A stretch of DNA of 59,576 bases from a virus: the IMG/VR virus record IMGVR_UViG_3300027852_000007; one strand, given 5' to 3'. The position numbers were made by a program, and so were the translations under genes. Under the pieces are notes generated by a model, which saw nothing but the letters and a program-made list of their open reading frames with translations, was not told where the DNA came from and searched no databases. The first letter of the stretch is position 1, and each line of letters starts with the position of its first letter. This document shows positions 28,307-37,809 of this stretch, in pieces.

Positions 28307-30778
28307 ATGCGAATACCCAGCGGTGATACAACAAAGTATATGAACTTTGTTGCCGTCGATGCCACGGACTTGAAAACCCGTGAGACGGGTTTAACCACGT
28401 TTACGGTGTATCGCTCACGCAATGGTGCAACACCTGTGGCGATGACCACACCGACAGTTAGCGAACTTAATGCGACAAATACCCCAGGGGTTTATGCATT
28501 ATTGGTGGATGAAGATACGACCATCGGCGTCGGCAACGACTCCGAAGAAATGGTCTTCCATATCACTCATGCTGGCATGGAGCCCGTTACGCGCACGATT
28601 GAAATTTATCGTCGGGCAGTGACCAGTGGTAATACCCTGGATGTAACGGCAACCGGGGCGGGGGGTATTGACTGGGGCAATATCGAAAACAAAACCACGG
28701 CAAATGATTTATCCGGTACGGATATTCAGCTTGTGGACACCACCACAACAAATACCGATATGCGCGGCACGGATAGTGCGGCAACGGCGGCGAGTGTCGC
28801 CGCATTAAATGACTTCGACCCAGCGGCGGATACGGTGGCCACGGTTACGACGGTGACTAACCAGGTCAGTGCGGATATGACGGCAATCAGTGGTGATGCA
28901 ACAGCAGCGGATAACATAGAAGCTATGTATGACGGCACGGGTTACACCAACGATGTTGCACCCGCCACGCAGGTGCAGGTGGGCAGCCTGTCAACGGGCA
29001 GCGCGTCAATTTCAGTCGCTGCAACGGGTGCAACCGTCGATGTGGGAACACAAACACTGACGTACACGGCGACACAGCAGCTTGATGGTTCGTTTCACGA
29101 AATTGATGACGTTATTGGTCAAATTGACGTGACCTATGCCTTTAATGTTGGCGGTGCTGGTGTGGGTTCTGAGATTACAGTTGCGGGTCGGATGTTCGGG
29201 AATGGCGACGATCTGGGTGTGTTCGTCTATAACTGGTTGACCTCCCAGTGGGATCAAATCGGAATGTTTGAGGGCAAAACGTCTTCAGCGGTCGAAACTA
29301 ACACGTATAACCTTCTGGTTGCACACACAGGCACTGGGGCCTCTGCTGGACAGGTTGATCTTCGTTTCTATACTGCCAGTGGGTTAAATAGCGCCACACT
29401 GTTCATAGACCAGTTGTACCTCAGTTATGCGGTGGTTTCACAAACGGTGGGTTATGCCCTGGGGCAGGTGTGGATTAATACCGACGCGGCCAATACCGGC
29501 ACCGAACTCTATGTGGACGGTGTGGCGGATCACCCGGTGAGTACGCTGGCTGCGGCGAAGACGATTGCCGACAACCTGGGCATGAAGGATTTTCACGTCA
29601 CTTCGAATTCAACCATTACCCTCATGGCCAATCTTGTCGGCTATAACCTGTACGGCATCGGTTTTACCCTTAACACGGCGGGCTATGACTGTAGTTATAC
29701 GCACTTCTCCAATGCTGCTCCGGTGAACGGTGTGGTGCTGTCCACCACGGGGCATGTCGATATTCTCGATTCGGTTGTTGAAACGATAACGGTGAACGAG
29801 TCGTATTTTGAGAATTGTTCCTTTACCAACAACACGGTAACACTGGGCGCGGTGGCCAGTGATGTGAAGTTTATCAATTGTCGCTCGGTGGTGGCGGGGT
29901 CGGGAACGCCGGTCATAGACTTTGGTACTTCGGCGGGTATTGACCACAACGTAACCTTTTCTGACTGGCAAAACGGTTTGGAGATTGCCAATTTTAACGC
30001 CAACGTGACGACCGCCGATTTAATGAGTTTGTCGGGTACCGGGCAATTGATCATTGGTGCTACGTGCGCGGGTGGCACGATAAATCTGCGGGGGCAGTGG
30101 CGCATAACGGATAACGCAGGCGGAGCGGTGGCAATTGTCTACGATGGTGTTGCGCAAAATATTATTGATATTGAAACGGATGTGGCGACCGCACAGGCTG
30201 ATCTTGACCTGATGGTAGGGGCGGATGGCACAACACTGGCCACTTTGCAGCCGAACTACGCACCGGCCAAAGCAACGGATATTGTCAGCGGTGGGGCCAT
30301 TGATACCACGGGTGGTGCGGTGGACACGGTGACAAGCAACACCGACATGCGGGGCACTGATAACGCAGCAACAGGCGCAGCACTGGCCACAGCGCAGGCC
30401 GACCTGGACATTATTACCGGCAGTGACGGCACAACACTGGCCACTTTGCAGCCGAACTACGCACCGGCCAAAGCAACGGATATTGTCAGCGGTGGGGCCA
30501 TTGATACCACGGGTGGTGCGGTGGACACGGTGACAACGGTGACTGACCAGCTATCGGCAACAACCATTGCTGATAGTATATTGAACCGGGATATGTCAGC
30601 GGTATCGGATACCAATAGTCGCTCCCCACTCAACGCCCTGCGTTTTATTCGCAACAAGTGGCAGGTGGTGGGCACTACGCTGACCGTCAACAAGGAAGAT
30701 GACACCACCTCGGCCTGGACAGCAACGATTACCACGGACGCCTCTGCCGACCCGATTACCGGCAATGATCCGGCTTAA
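28307..30778 (+). CDS. tail fibre protein with an internal 67-aa duplication
   Basis: 823 aa, T/A/G/V/D-rich. The segment AQADLD...GTTLATLQPNYAPAKATDIVSGGAIDTTGGAVDTVT occurs twice. Confidence 0.6.
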   Translation: MRIPSGDTTKYMNFVAVDATDLKTRETGLTTFTVYRSRNGATPVAMTTPTVSELNATNTPGVYALLVDEDTTIGVGNDSEEMVFHITHAGMEPVTRTIEIYRRAVTSGNTLDVTATGAGGIDWGNIENKTTANDLSGTDIQLVDTTTTNTDMRGTDSAATAASVAALNDFDPAADTVATVTTVTNQVSADMTAISGDATAADNIEAMYDGTGYTNDVAPATQVQVGSLSTGSASISVAATGATVDVGTQTLTYTATQQLDGSFHEIDDVIGQIDVTYAFNVGGAGVGSEITVAGRMFGNGDDLGVFVYNWLTSQWDQIGMFEGKTSSAVETNTYNLLVAHTGTGASAGQVDLRFYTASGLNSATLFIDQLYLSYAVVSQTVGYALGQVWINTDAANTGTELYVDGVADHPVSTLAAAKTIADNLGMKDFHVTSNSTITLMANLVGYNLYGIGFTLNTAGYDCSYTHFSNAAPVNGVVLSTTGHVDILDSVVETITVNESYFENCSFTNNTVTLGAVASDVKFINCRSVVAGSGTPVIDFGTSAGIDHNVTFSDWQNGLEIANFNANVTTADLMSLSGTGQLIIGATCAGGTINLRGQWRITDNAGGAVAIVYDGVAQNIIDIETDVATAQADLDLMVGADGTTLATLQPNYAPAKATDIVSGGAIDTTGGAVDTVTSNTDMRGTDNAATGAALATAQADLDIITGSDGTTLATLQPNYAPAKATDIVSGGAIDTTGGAVDTVTTVTDQLSATTIADSILNRDMSAVSDTNSRSPLNALRFIRNKWQVVGTTLTVNKEDDTTSAWTATITTDASADPITGNDPA
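30227..30335 (+). repeat. 109-bp perfect direct repeat, copy 1 (inside the fibre gene)
   Basis: ggcacaacactggccactttgcagccgaactacgcaccggccaaagc...gtggacacggtgacaa is identical to 30428-30536 (offset 201 nt, in frame). Confidence 0.9.
30428..30536 (+). repeat. 109-bp perfect direct repeat, copy 2 (inside the fibre gene)
   Basis: Identical to 30227-30335. Confidence 0.9.
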
Positions 30779-30781
30779 GAC

Positions 30782-31114
30782 ATGGCGGGTGGTACACGAT
30801 CACTGCTGGCCCCCTGGATTGGTGGCGCGAGTGGCCCGCAGGCAGCGGAGGGCAACGCGGGGTTCACCTCACTGCTGGCCCCCTGGATTGGTGGCGCGAG
30901 TGGCCCACAACAAGCGGGGGACAACGCGGGGTTCACCTCACTGCTGGCCCCCTGGATTGGTGGCGCGAGTGCGCTGGCCGGTGGGCCTGAGCCAGAACCG
31001 CCAAGGGGTGGCAGAAAGGATTATGTAGACCGTCATCGTCGCCAGTTATTGCGCGAAGATCAGGAATTAATTGAGATTACCACCGCGCTAGGCTCCCACT
31101 GGGGGCGTTATTGA
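30782..31114 (+). CDS. hypothetical protein with three SLLAPWIGGAS repeats
   Basis: 110 aa directly after the fibre gene. A 23-aa unit repeats three times, then a charged C-terminal helix. Confidence 0.55.
   Translation: MAGGTRSLLAPWIGGASGPQAAEGNAGFTSLLAPWIGGASGPQQAGDNAGFTSLLAPWIGGASALAGGPEPEPPRGGRKDYVDRHRRQLLREDQELIEITTALGSHWGRY
30801..30971 (+). repeat. 69-bp tandem repeat, about 2.5 copies (coding)
   Basis: cactgctggccccctggattggtggcgcgagtg occurs at 30801, 30870 and 30939. Confidence 0.85.
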
Positions 31115-31345
31115 TTTTATTGACATCCTCCCCTACCTGAAGGAAGGGGATTCCAGGAACTGAGTCCTGGGCAGGGTCAATCGCTTGACTCCACAGGTTC
31201 CTGCTGCTGACCGCTAACGCGATTCACTCGACAGGCGCAACGGGCATATCCTGCCCTGATATTGACAAAAACTGAAACTCGCTCCCCCACCACAGGTGAT
31301 GGGGCTAGACGCTCGCAGACAATTTCTGCGTAAGTAGTTTAACAT

Positions 31346-32995
31346 ATGACCTTACCGATGTTGATGTCCGTTGGTCGGTCGGATGAAAATCACGGTTTAA
31401 AACGGGGGCCAAGGATGGCAGAGACAAAGCAACGACGAAGTTCAATCATTGTTACGCGCCATATGCGCATAACGGATCATTTATCAAATGCCTCGGGGTG
31501 GTCAGCACTCCGTTCATTTTTTCAGGGCTGCGGTAACTCGGGGTATTTGGCGGTACGCCAGTATCGTGCGGGTGGTGATACCGTCCTGGATAATCCTTTT
31601 ACATCAACGTACCGACCGCTGAATGTGCACGACCATAGCAATTATAAAGGTCTGTGCGGCATGGCTGAGCGCCAGGGTATAGCCAACGGTTATATTTTTA
31701 AATCGCGCCACACCGATTACAACATGAGAAAGCCGAAAGTCGGTGGCTATCTGGCCACGGAGGGTATTAGCTTTCCCGAAGTACCGGGGAATATTGTCGG
31801 TACGGTCGCTGAGCAGATTGCGATTATGCAAGGCTATTTCCAGGCGATGATCAATAAAGATCACGGCACCTATGATTATCGACCACATTTTAAGTGGGCC
31901 TTAGCTGTAGAGGAAGTGTGGCCGGAGCTGTATTCAAGCGAAATAACCGACACTTTTGAGTCTGACCGCCACACCGTCGATGCAAAAAAACTACAGGAAC
32001 AAATGTGGAAGCATGGGCGTGATGGATACGGCGGTATCATGGGCCGTGGAGAAAATATCAATGACTGGTCGCTGACACCCTTTATTACCAGTGAGCTTGG
32101 TGAGCCACAATATGCTGTGATTAAAAACAGGGTAACGGCCCAGGTAGTCGGTGATTTTGGTCAGTATCACCCGAGTGATATTTTTGAAAAACGCCCCGAT
32201 ACCTACGGCGAGCGCAGATCAGGTACGAATAATCTACCGATACATTACCGTTATTTGCGTCACCGGGTGGTACACAACGCGGGCAGCAAAGATGCAAAAT
32301 ACCGCAATACACCGGGCATTCTCGATGAGATGATGGGCCAGTGCTACGGCATACAGGGCGGTGGAACCCTGGAAGAAACCTACTGGGATAAAGCGACAAA
32401 CAGCGATTTTACGATTAACCAGTTCGGCACCACGGCGCCCTTGAATGCAGCAAAATTCAGCCGGTTTGTCGGTATCGCCTTACCCAATGCGTCGGGCAGA
32501 AGAGACCGGCGACGAGGGTTTAACGACTCGAACTTTTTTGCTGCGTTGACGGATAACGAGCGTGTGATTGGCGTGTCGGATGGCGTGCATACCCACCGTT
32601 ATAGTTGGGGTTTACCACTTGAGTTGGTTATGTTGAACCCATTAATGAGCTGGAATCCTTACGGTATCCCGCGCAAAGGCGACCCTACTGAGGGGCGAAC
32701 ACGCGACGGACGGACGCCAGAAACGGCCTATTCAGGGTACAACGAACGCAGATTTCACTACCTGACGCCCGATGCGTTTTACAACGGCAGCGACCCGGTA
32801 GACCCGGCGGATACACGCACGGCGCGGTGGATGCTGGACTCGATGGGGGTACCGCAGTTATGTCGATCCTCTGGCCCCTGGGTTGTTTTGCCGCCGATTG
32901 CTAATGTTAGCGAGCGGGTGCGTGGGCGCTTCATTATTCACGAAGACGCGATACAGTCACCGGCGATGGCGCAGGCTTTGGATTTAAGGGATTGA
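31346..32995 (+). CDS. large hypothetical protein
   Basis: 549-aa ORF (alternative start ATG 31415) after a 230-bp structured gap. No motif recognised. Confidence 0.6.
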   Translation: MTLPMLMSVGRSDENHGLKRGPRMAETKQRRSSIIVTRHMRITDHLSNASGWSALRSFFQGCGNSGYLAVRQYRAGGDTVLDNPFTSTYRPLNVHDHSNYKGLCGMAERQGIANGYIFKSRHTDYNMRKPKVGGYLATEGISFPEVPGNIVGTVAEQIAIMQGYFQAMINKDHGTYDYRPHFKWALAVEEVWPELYSSEITDTFESDRHTVDAKKLQEQMWKHGRDGYGGIMGRGENINDWSLTPFITSELGEPQYAVIKNRVTAQVVGDFGQYHPSDIFEKRPDTYGERRSGTNNLPIHYRYLRHRVVHNAGSKDAKYRNTPGILDEMMGQCYGIQGGGTLEETYWDKATNSDFTINQFGTTAPLNAAKFSRFVGIALPNASGRRDRRRGFNDSNFFAALTDNERVIGVSDGVHTHRYSWGLPLELVMLNPLMSWNPYGIPRKGDPTEGRTRDGRTPETAYSGYNERRFHYLTPDAFYNGSDPVDPADTRTARWMLDSMGVPQLCRSSGPWVVLPPIANVSERVRGRFIIHEDAIQSPAMAQALDLRD

Positions 32996-33007
32996 GGAAA
33001 AAAATTG
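32988..33007 (+). repeat. 20-bp direct repeat, copy 1 (gggattgaggaaaaaaattg)
   Basis: Identical to 33215-33234. The two copies flank the 55-aa ORF 33025-33192. Confidence 0.9.
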
Positions 33008-33024
33008 ATAGCCGGAGTAATAAC

Positions 33025-33192
33025 ATGACTAAAGCAGACTTGTTAAAACGACTTGAGCCAATGGGTGACGACAAGGTAATTGTATTTGTAGATAGACACG
33101 GTGGGTGGGCAAATCTTGAAGATATTATAGAAAAGCAATGCCAAATAGAGCTGACAATTGAAGAAGCCCCCCTTTTTTCAGATGGGCATTAA
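33025..33192 (+). CDS. small hypothetical protein (55 aa) in a cassette flanked by direct repeats
   Basis: GGAG lies 9 nt upstream of ATG 33025. Protein begins MTKADLLKRLEPMGDDKVIVFVDRHGGWANLEDI... Confidence 0.5.
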   Translation: MTKADLLKRLEPMGDDKVIVFVDRHGGWANLEDIIEKQCQIELTIEEAPLFSDGH

Positions 33193-33214
33193 GTAATTTG
33201 ACAGCCTGCTTTAC

Positions 33215-33234
33215 GGGATTGAGGAAAAAAATTG
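33215..33234 (+). repeat. 20-bp direct repeat, copy 2
   Basis: Identical to 32988-33007. It supplies the RBS and TTG start of the next ORF. Confidence 0.9.
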
Positions 33235-33510
33235 GTAGATAAGGAGCGACTGCTCAACATGGAGCGTACCATTGGTCACGGCTGCACGCTGACTGTTTCA
33301 CCAGCGGAAATACCGGGGCTGAATTTGACGGTATTGGTCAAAGATGCTGACACTGGGGAGCGGCACCATTGGAGCCGCACAATCGACGCTACACTGTGGT
33401 TTGAGTATAGGGTACCTTCGGCTATTTTCGATCAATTTGTTGCAGAGGCAAAAGCCCGGTTTGATGCGGTTTTTGGACAGGCAAGGACGCCAAAGAGGAG
33501 GTTAGTGTGA
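33232..33510 (+). CDS. hypothetical protein
   Basis: 92 aa. Start is TTG 33232 or ATG 33259. The stop overlaps the next gene. Confidence 0.5.
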   Translation: MVDKERLLNMERTIGHGCTLTVSPAEIPGLNLTVLVKDADTGERHHWSRTIDATLWFEYRVPSAIFDQFVAEAKARFDAVFGQARTPKRRLV

Positions 33511-36500
33511 GCACACTGGCGACATGCATTAAGCGCGCAGGCAAGGCTTTAAACCCCGCTGATGCGGAGGAAGTACGAACGCTGCGAGCTAACTATATCG
33601 AAGACGGTATGGACGGGCAGGCGGCTTCACAGGCAGCGATAGACGATGTGCTGTCGATGCTCAGTGATGAGCGTGAGGTGCTGGCTAAGCAGGTGGTTAA
33701 GCAGGGTGGGCGTATGCCGGATCAGTACCGGGTGTACCCTGCGCTGCCCACACAGGGCGACAAGGCTAAGGCGGAGGTGTCTCGCTTACTGTTCTCAAAG
33801 CCGACACCTGAGCAGGACGAGGTGTTGAAGAGTATGCCGCTGTCGGGTCTGGCGAAGGCGATCCGTGCTGACGATGTGGTGGAGGAGGTCAGGCACAAGT
33901 CGAAGCGGATGATCCACACTGTGACCACGGATGCGATGTATCGCAAGCATTTCGATAAGGTCGCTGCTATGGTGCCGACCCGCTTTCTCAAGGACTTTGC
34001 CCGCGACGAGATGGTTGCACCGATGGATCGGCTGAGCAATCTGTTCGTCGAGGTGGATGCGATGGCGAACAGTATCCGCGAGACTTTCGCTGAGCGCATG
34101 GAAAAGGTGGTGGCCTTTGTCGGTAAGCACGATGAAGCGCGAGCGACACAGGATTTGATACATGACAGCACACTGGCGGGGGTTGACCCTTCGGTCGGAT
34201 ACAAGCCTGTCACTTTTGTCGGTAAAACAACGAAGCATGTCAACGTTACCGTGCCTATCAGCGTGGCGCGTGCCCGCAAAGCCCTGAAAGAAGCCATAGC
34301 CTTCAACGTCCGCAAGCAGCGGCGCACGGGCCGGCAGGGTGGCAACGTGGAGGCGATGGCGGAAGGTGCTGAGCTGCGTGATGAGCTGGCAGCACTTGAG
34401 GCAAAGGTGAAGCAGGAGAAGGCCCGCAGCGAGGCGAAGGATGAGCTGTCGCAACGCTGGCAGAGCCTGTCACCGGAGGCTCAGGAGATTTACACCACCG
34501 TAAGGGATATGTACAAAGATGTGCGCGCTATTGAGGATAAGGCCTTCGAGCAGCGCATGGATGATCTGGCGGCGGGTAAGAACCCGGCGGAGGTGAAGGC
34601 GATAGACAGTGTGCGCATGGCCTACCGAAACCAGCAGCTTGATGAGCCTTACTTTCGTTTGTACCGCACCGGGGATTTCTGGGTCGCGGCTTATGCGAAT
34701 GAGGAGCGCAAGCAGGTGCTGGGTTACTGGCGGTTTAGCTCACTTGCGGATTACGATGCCAAGCTGGACGAGTTGGAGGCGGCGGGTGTTGTCACGTCGT
34801 CGGGTAAGCGTCAGGATGATGCGACACCACAGGTGATTGACCCGACCTTCGCCGCTGAGGTGGTGGATAAAATACGCAAAATGGGTGGCGGTGCGGCTAA
34901 GCAACTGGCGGATCAGGTTTGGCAGCAGCACCTGGAGCGACTGCCCGATTTATCCTTGCGTAAAACACAGATGCATCGTCGCAAGCGAGCGGGGTTCGAG
35001 CAGGATATTACCATGGGGCTGGCGCACACCGTGTATCACGGTGCCAGTCAAATCGCCAAGCTGTCGTTCAGCGGTGCGATGGACAGGGGTCTGAACGAGT
35101 TACAGGTGGCCGCTAAAGAGGGTAGCAAAACCCGCAAAGGGGCGGAGGTGGCACCTGTGCTACACGAGGAGATGGTTAAGCGTGTCGATATGTTCCGCAC
35201 TCATACGACCAGCACTCTGGCGAACAAGGCCACGCAGTTGGGCTTCTTCATGTACCTGGGCCTAACGCCAGCGGCGGCCATAGTTAACATGTCACAGACG
35301 GCGATCCTCGGTTTACCGATTATGGCGGCTAAATTCGGCTGGGCGAAGTCGATGCGGGCGCTACTGCGGGCGAGTGCTCAGGCATTTCGTCCGGCAGGTA
35401 TTAAAGATCAGCTCACAGGGGATGAAAAACTGGCTTTTGAGGCCTTCCATGCGCGGGGCTTGATGGAGAAAACCGGCGCGCACTCGATGGCAGGCGTGGC
35501 GACGGAAGGAGCGGAGTACACGGGTGCCCAGTCACGCATCATGCAGGTGGTGTCCTACCCTTTCCACCGGGCGGAGGTGTGGAACCGCGAGGCGACGGCG
35601 ATGGCCGCTTATCGTCTTGCACGGACAAAAGTTGACCATGATTCAGCTATGAAGATGGCCTCGGATTTAACCTGGGATGCTCACTTCGACTACGGTACGG
35701 CGAACCGCCCCCGTATTATGCAGCGGGACTTCCCCAAGGTGGTTTTCCTCTTCAAACAATACAGCCTCAACATGAGCTACCGGCTGATGCGCGATGCCAA
35801 CGACGCGATGCGGGGGCTTTCTCAACAGGATCGTAAGGAAGCCAGGACAAGGCTGGCCGGTGTGCTGGGCATGACGGGCATTTTTGCCGGGGCAGCGGGT
35901 ATGCCACTGTACTCGATGATCAGCGCTATGGCGGGTATTCTGCTGGGCGATGAGGATGAACCCTTCGACATGGACACGGAGCTGCGTGTCGCTCTCTCAC
36001 GGCTGCTAGGAGCGACGGGATCACAGGTGGTGATGGATGGCCCTACTAACGTGCTAACAGGGCTGGACGTGGGCTCACGGGTGAGTTTGAACAACCTGTG
36101 GCTGCGCGACCCGACCTATGCACTGGAAGGTAAAGACCTGTGGCACCACTACGCATCGGAGGCCATGGGGCCAGTCTTTAAGCTGGGCGATTCTACTTTC
36201 GAGGGGCTTTCCCGTATCAGCCAGGGTACCACGGAGCGCGGGGTGGAAATGCTTATGCCTAAAGCCGGCCGTGATGCGATGAAGGCACTACGCTTTTTGA
36301 ACGAGGGTGTGTTGAACCTTCAGGGGGAGGATATTCTACCCCGTGAGGATGTGTCGATGTGGAATGCGCTGTCGCAGGGTATCGGTTTTACACCCGCTAA
36401 ACTGGCTTTGCAGTACAAGCAGAATACGGCGATTAAAGGCGCGGAAGTGCAGATTAACCAACGCAGGCAGTTGCTGCTCAACCGTCGAGCGCTGGCAACG

Positions 36501-36704
36501 ATGGCGAAGGATGGTGCAGAGATAAAGACGATTGATAAGGCCATCATGCGTTATAACAAAGCCCACCCGCAGTATGCGATCACCCGCGCCACCTTGAAAC
36601 AATCCTTAAAGCGGCGCGCTAAGCTGGCGCAGGAGAGCCGGGGTGGGGTTAATCTGAACAAGCGGCTGGCTTACCTTTACGATGAGTTGCAGTTTTTGGA
36701 TTGA
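33507..36704 (+). CDS. very large virion-associated hypothetical protein (last gene of the + strand block)
   Basis: 1065 aa with a helical, charged N-terminal half and several hydrophobic segments in the C-terminal half (LGFFMYLGLTPAAAIVNMSQTAILGLPIMAA, GVLGMTGIFAGAAGMPLYSMISAMAGILLG). Function not recognised. Confidence 0.6.
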   Translation: MSTLATCIKRAGKALNPADAEEVRTLRANYIEDGMDGQAASQAAIDDVLSMLSDEREVLAKQVVKQGGRMPDQYRVYPALPTQGDKAKAEVSRLLFSKPTPEQDEVLKSMPLSGLAKAIRADDVVEEVRHKSKRMIHTVTTDAMYRKHFDKVAAMVPTRFLKDFARDEMVAPMDRLSNLFVEVDAMANSIRETFAERMEKVVAFVGKHDEARATQDLIHDSTLAGVDPSVGYKPVTFVGKTTKHVNVTVPISVARARKALKEAIAFNVRKQRRTGRQGGNVEAMAEGAELRDELAALEAKVKQEKARSEAKDELSQRWQSLSPEAQEIYTTVRDMYKDVRAIEDKAFEQRMDDLAAGKNPAEVKAIDSVRMAYRNQQLDEPYFRLYRTGDFWVAAYANEERKQVLGYWRFSSLADYDAKLDELEAAGVVTSSGKRQDDATPQVIDPTFAAEVVDKIRKMGGGAAKQLADQVWQQHLERLPDLSLRKTQMHRRKRAGFEQDITMGLAHTVYHGASQIAKLSFSGAMDRGLNELQVAAKEGSKTRKGAEVAPVLHEEMVKRVDMFRTHTTSTLANKATQLGFFMYLGLTPAAAIVNMSQTAILGLPIMAAKFGWAKSMRALLRASAQAFRPAGIKDQLTGDEKLAFEAFHARGLMEKTGAHSMAGVATEGAEYTGAQSRIMQVVSYPFHRAEVWNREATAMAAYRLARTKVDHDSAMKMASDLTWDAHFDYGTANRPRIMQRDFPKVVFLFKQYSLNMSYRLMRDANDAMRGLSQQDRKEARTRLAGVLGMTGIFAGAAGMPLYSMISAMAGILLGDEDEPFDMDTELRVALSRLLGATGSQVVMDGPTNVLTGLDVGSRVSLNNLWLRDPTYALEGKDLWHHYASEAMGPVFKLGDSTFEGLSRISQGTTERGVEMLMPKAGRDAMKALRFLNEGVLNLQGEDILPREDVSMWNALSQGIGFTPAKLALQYKQNTAIKGAEVQINQRRQLLLNRRALATMAKDGAEIKTIDKAIMRYNKAHPQYAITRATLKQSLKRRAKLAQESRGGVNLNKRLAYLYDELQFLD

Positions 36705-36736
36705 GGGGCAATTTTATTAGCTTTCATCATAGGCCT

Positions 36737-37414
36737 TCAGCCCTCAGCGAGCGGCAAAAGCTCCTGCTGCAAATGCGCATCACCGCTCCTTCTTTCGATT
36801 TCTACGTGCGACTCACGGGGAGCCTTTCTTTCATCCTCGCGCTCAATGACAGCCGAAAATGCAATACGATTGCCATTGTACATAACGTCCGGATTTATGT
36901 AGTACGCCCCTTTGCGTATGGTTTTCGCAATTATTTTTGCCTTTTCCAATTCTGACAAGCCTCGAAAAAATGTTGATATATGCATTACTGGCTGCGGATC
37001 TAAATGACCGTGACCTTCCAGAAAGTTTGACAGGGTGAAGCTGTCAAGAATAACAATGTCTTTAGCTTGAGCGTGTTCCTTTATTGCCCACATTACAACG
37101 CGCAACGCTTTGTTTCCGGCCTTTGTCAAATCAAAAGTGAACGCCATGTAGTCGGCAAATGTTTTGACAAACCTCTCCCTGTCAACCTTCTTGTAAGCGA
37201 CTACATGGGTTGATGTTATTTCCCCGGTTGTCTTGTTGATTAGTACGTTGTTCTCCTTGCCATATGTCGATATTTGTACTTGTTTTGACCCAACTGGGAT
37301 CACCATGTTTTGAATAAAAGGATTCTTGTCATATCGTATTATTTTAGTCACATTTATCCTTACACGTATTGTTATAAGATGGTGAATCTTAACGGTATGC
37401 ATTGCTAAATACAA
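36737..37414 (-). CDS. RepL-like winged-helix protein, copy A (replication initiator or regulator candidate)
   Basis: FVKTFADYMAFTFDLTKAGNKALRVVMWAIKEH...ISTFFRGLSELEKAKIIAKTIRKGAYYINPDVMYNGNRI fits the RepL pattern (wHTH followed by y.iNP...kG). AT-rich gene. True start uncertain (ATG 37402 or 37306). Confidence 0.5.
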   Translation of the reverse strand: MYLAMHTVKIHHLITIRVRINVTKIIRYDKNPFIQNMVIPVGSKQVQISTYGKENNVLINKTTGEITSTHVVAYKKVDRERFVKTFADYMAFTFDLTKAGNKALRVVMWAIKEHAQAKDIVILDSFTLSNFLEGHGHLDPQPVMHISTFFRGLSELEKAKIIAKTIRKGAYYINPDVMYNGNRIAFSAVIEREDERKAPRESHVEIERRSGDAHLQQELLPLAEG

Positions 37415-37513
37415 CTGCGTGAGGCGGCAACTCTCGGTAAAACAATAGGTGTAGATCGGTTTTTGTTATTTCTAATCTTATTCTATTGAGACCTAACATA
37501 TTATCAACATAAT

Positions 37514-37543
37514 ATTTGTAATGGCTGTGTAGCCATTACAAAT
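37514..37543. promoter_or_regulatory. Perfect palindrome upstream of RepL-like A (13-bp arms, 4-nt spacer) plus an adjacent third half-site
   Basis: atttgtaatggct-gtgt-agccattacaaat, followed by another aaatggct at 37540-37547. Confidence 0.7.
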
Positions 37544-37644
37544 GGCTAGATCGTGAAACAGAGGCTAGCATTTCCGGGGCCTGTAGAGGTTTCCCTTCTT
37601 ATATCTTGTAGTTTGCAGTTTCCATGCCAGAATTTGACCTCTTT

Positions 37645-37783
37645 TGCCCTCGACTACCGCCCTCCGCTTCGCTCGGTTGCTAGGCACTTGGAAAAAGTAA
37701 AATTGTGGACAGCGCTCCGCGTGGTCGCTGCGCTCCCGACTGACCACCGAATTTTCCTTTTCCCAAGCACCGATGCTCAAACA
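37645..37783 (-). ncRNA. Conserved 139-nt GC-rich element, copy A (candidate structured RNA or origin element; sense orientation matches RepL-like A)
   Basis: The reverse complement aligns without gaps to 58301-58439 (120/139 identical, with a 55-nt core carrying 1 mismatch). It is embedded in unrelated AT-rich sequence. Confidence 0.5.
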
Positions 37784-37809
37784 ATAGTTATTACATACTA
37801 ATATTGGCA

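Noticed and set aside
30227-30536. Diversity-generating retroelement (template/variable repeat pair) in the fibre gene
   Set aside because: The repeats are 100% identical, so there are no A-to-N differences. Both lie in the same ORF, and I found no reverse transcriptase (no YxDD-type ORF).
31337-31353. 17-mer gtttaacatatgacctt shared with 51084-51100, which is at the moron boundary
   Set aside because: It is a single 17-mer with borderline chance expectation (about 0.2 counting both strands) and no flanking similarity. It might mark a recombination hotspot, but the evidence is too thin.
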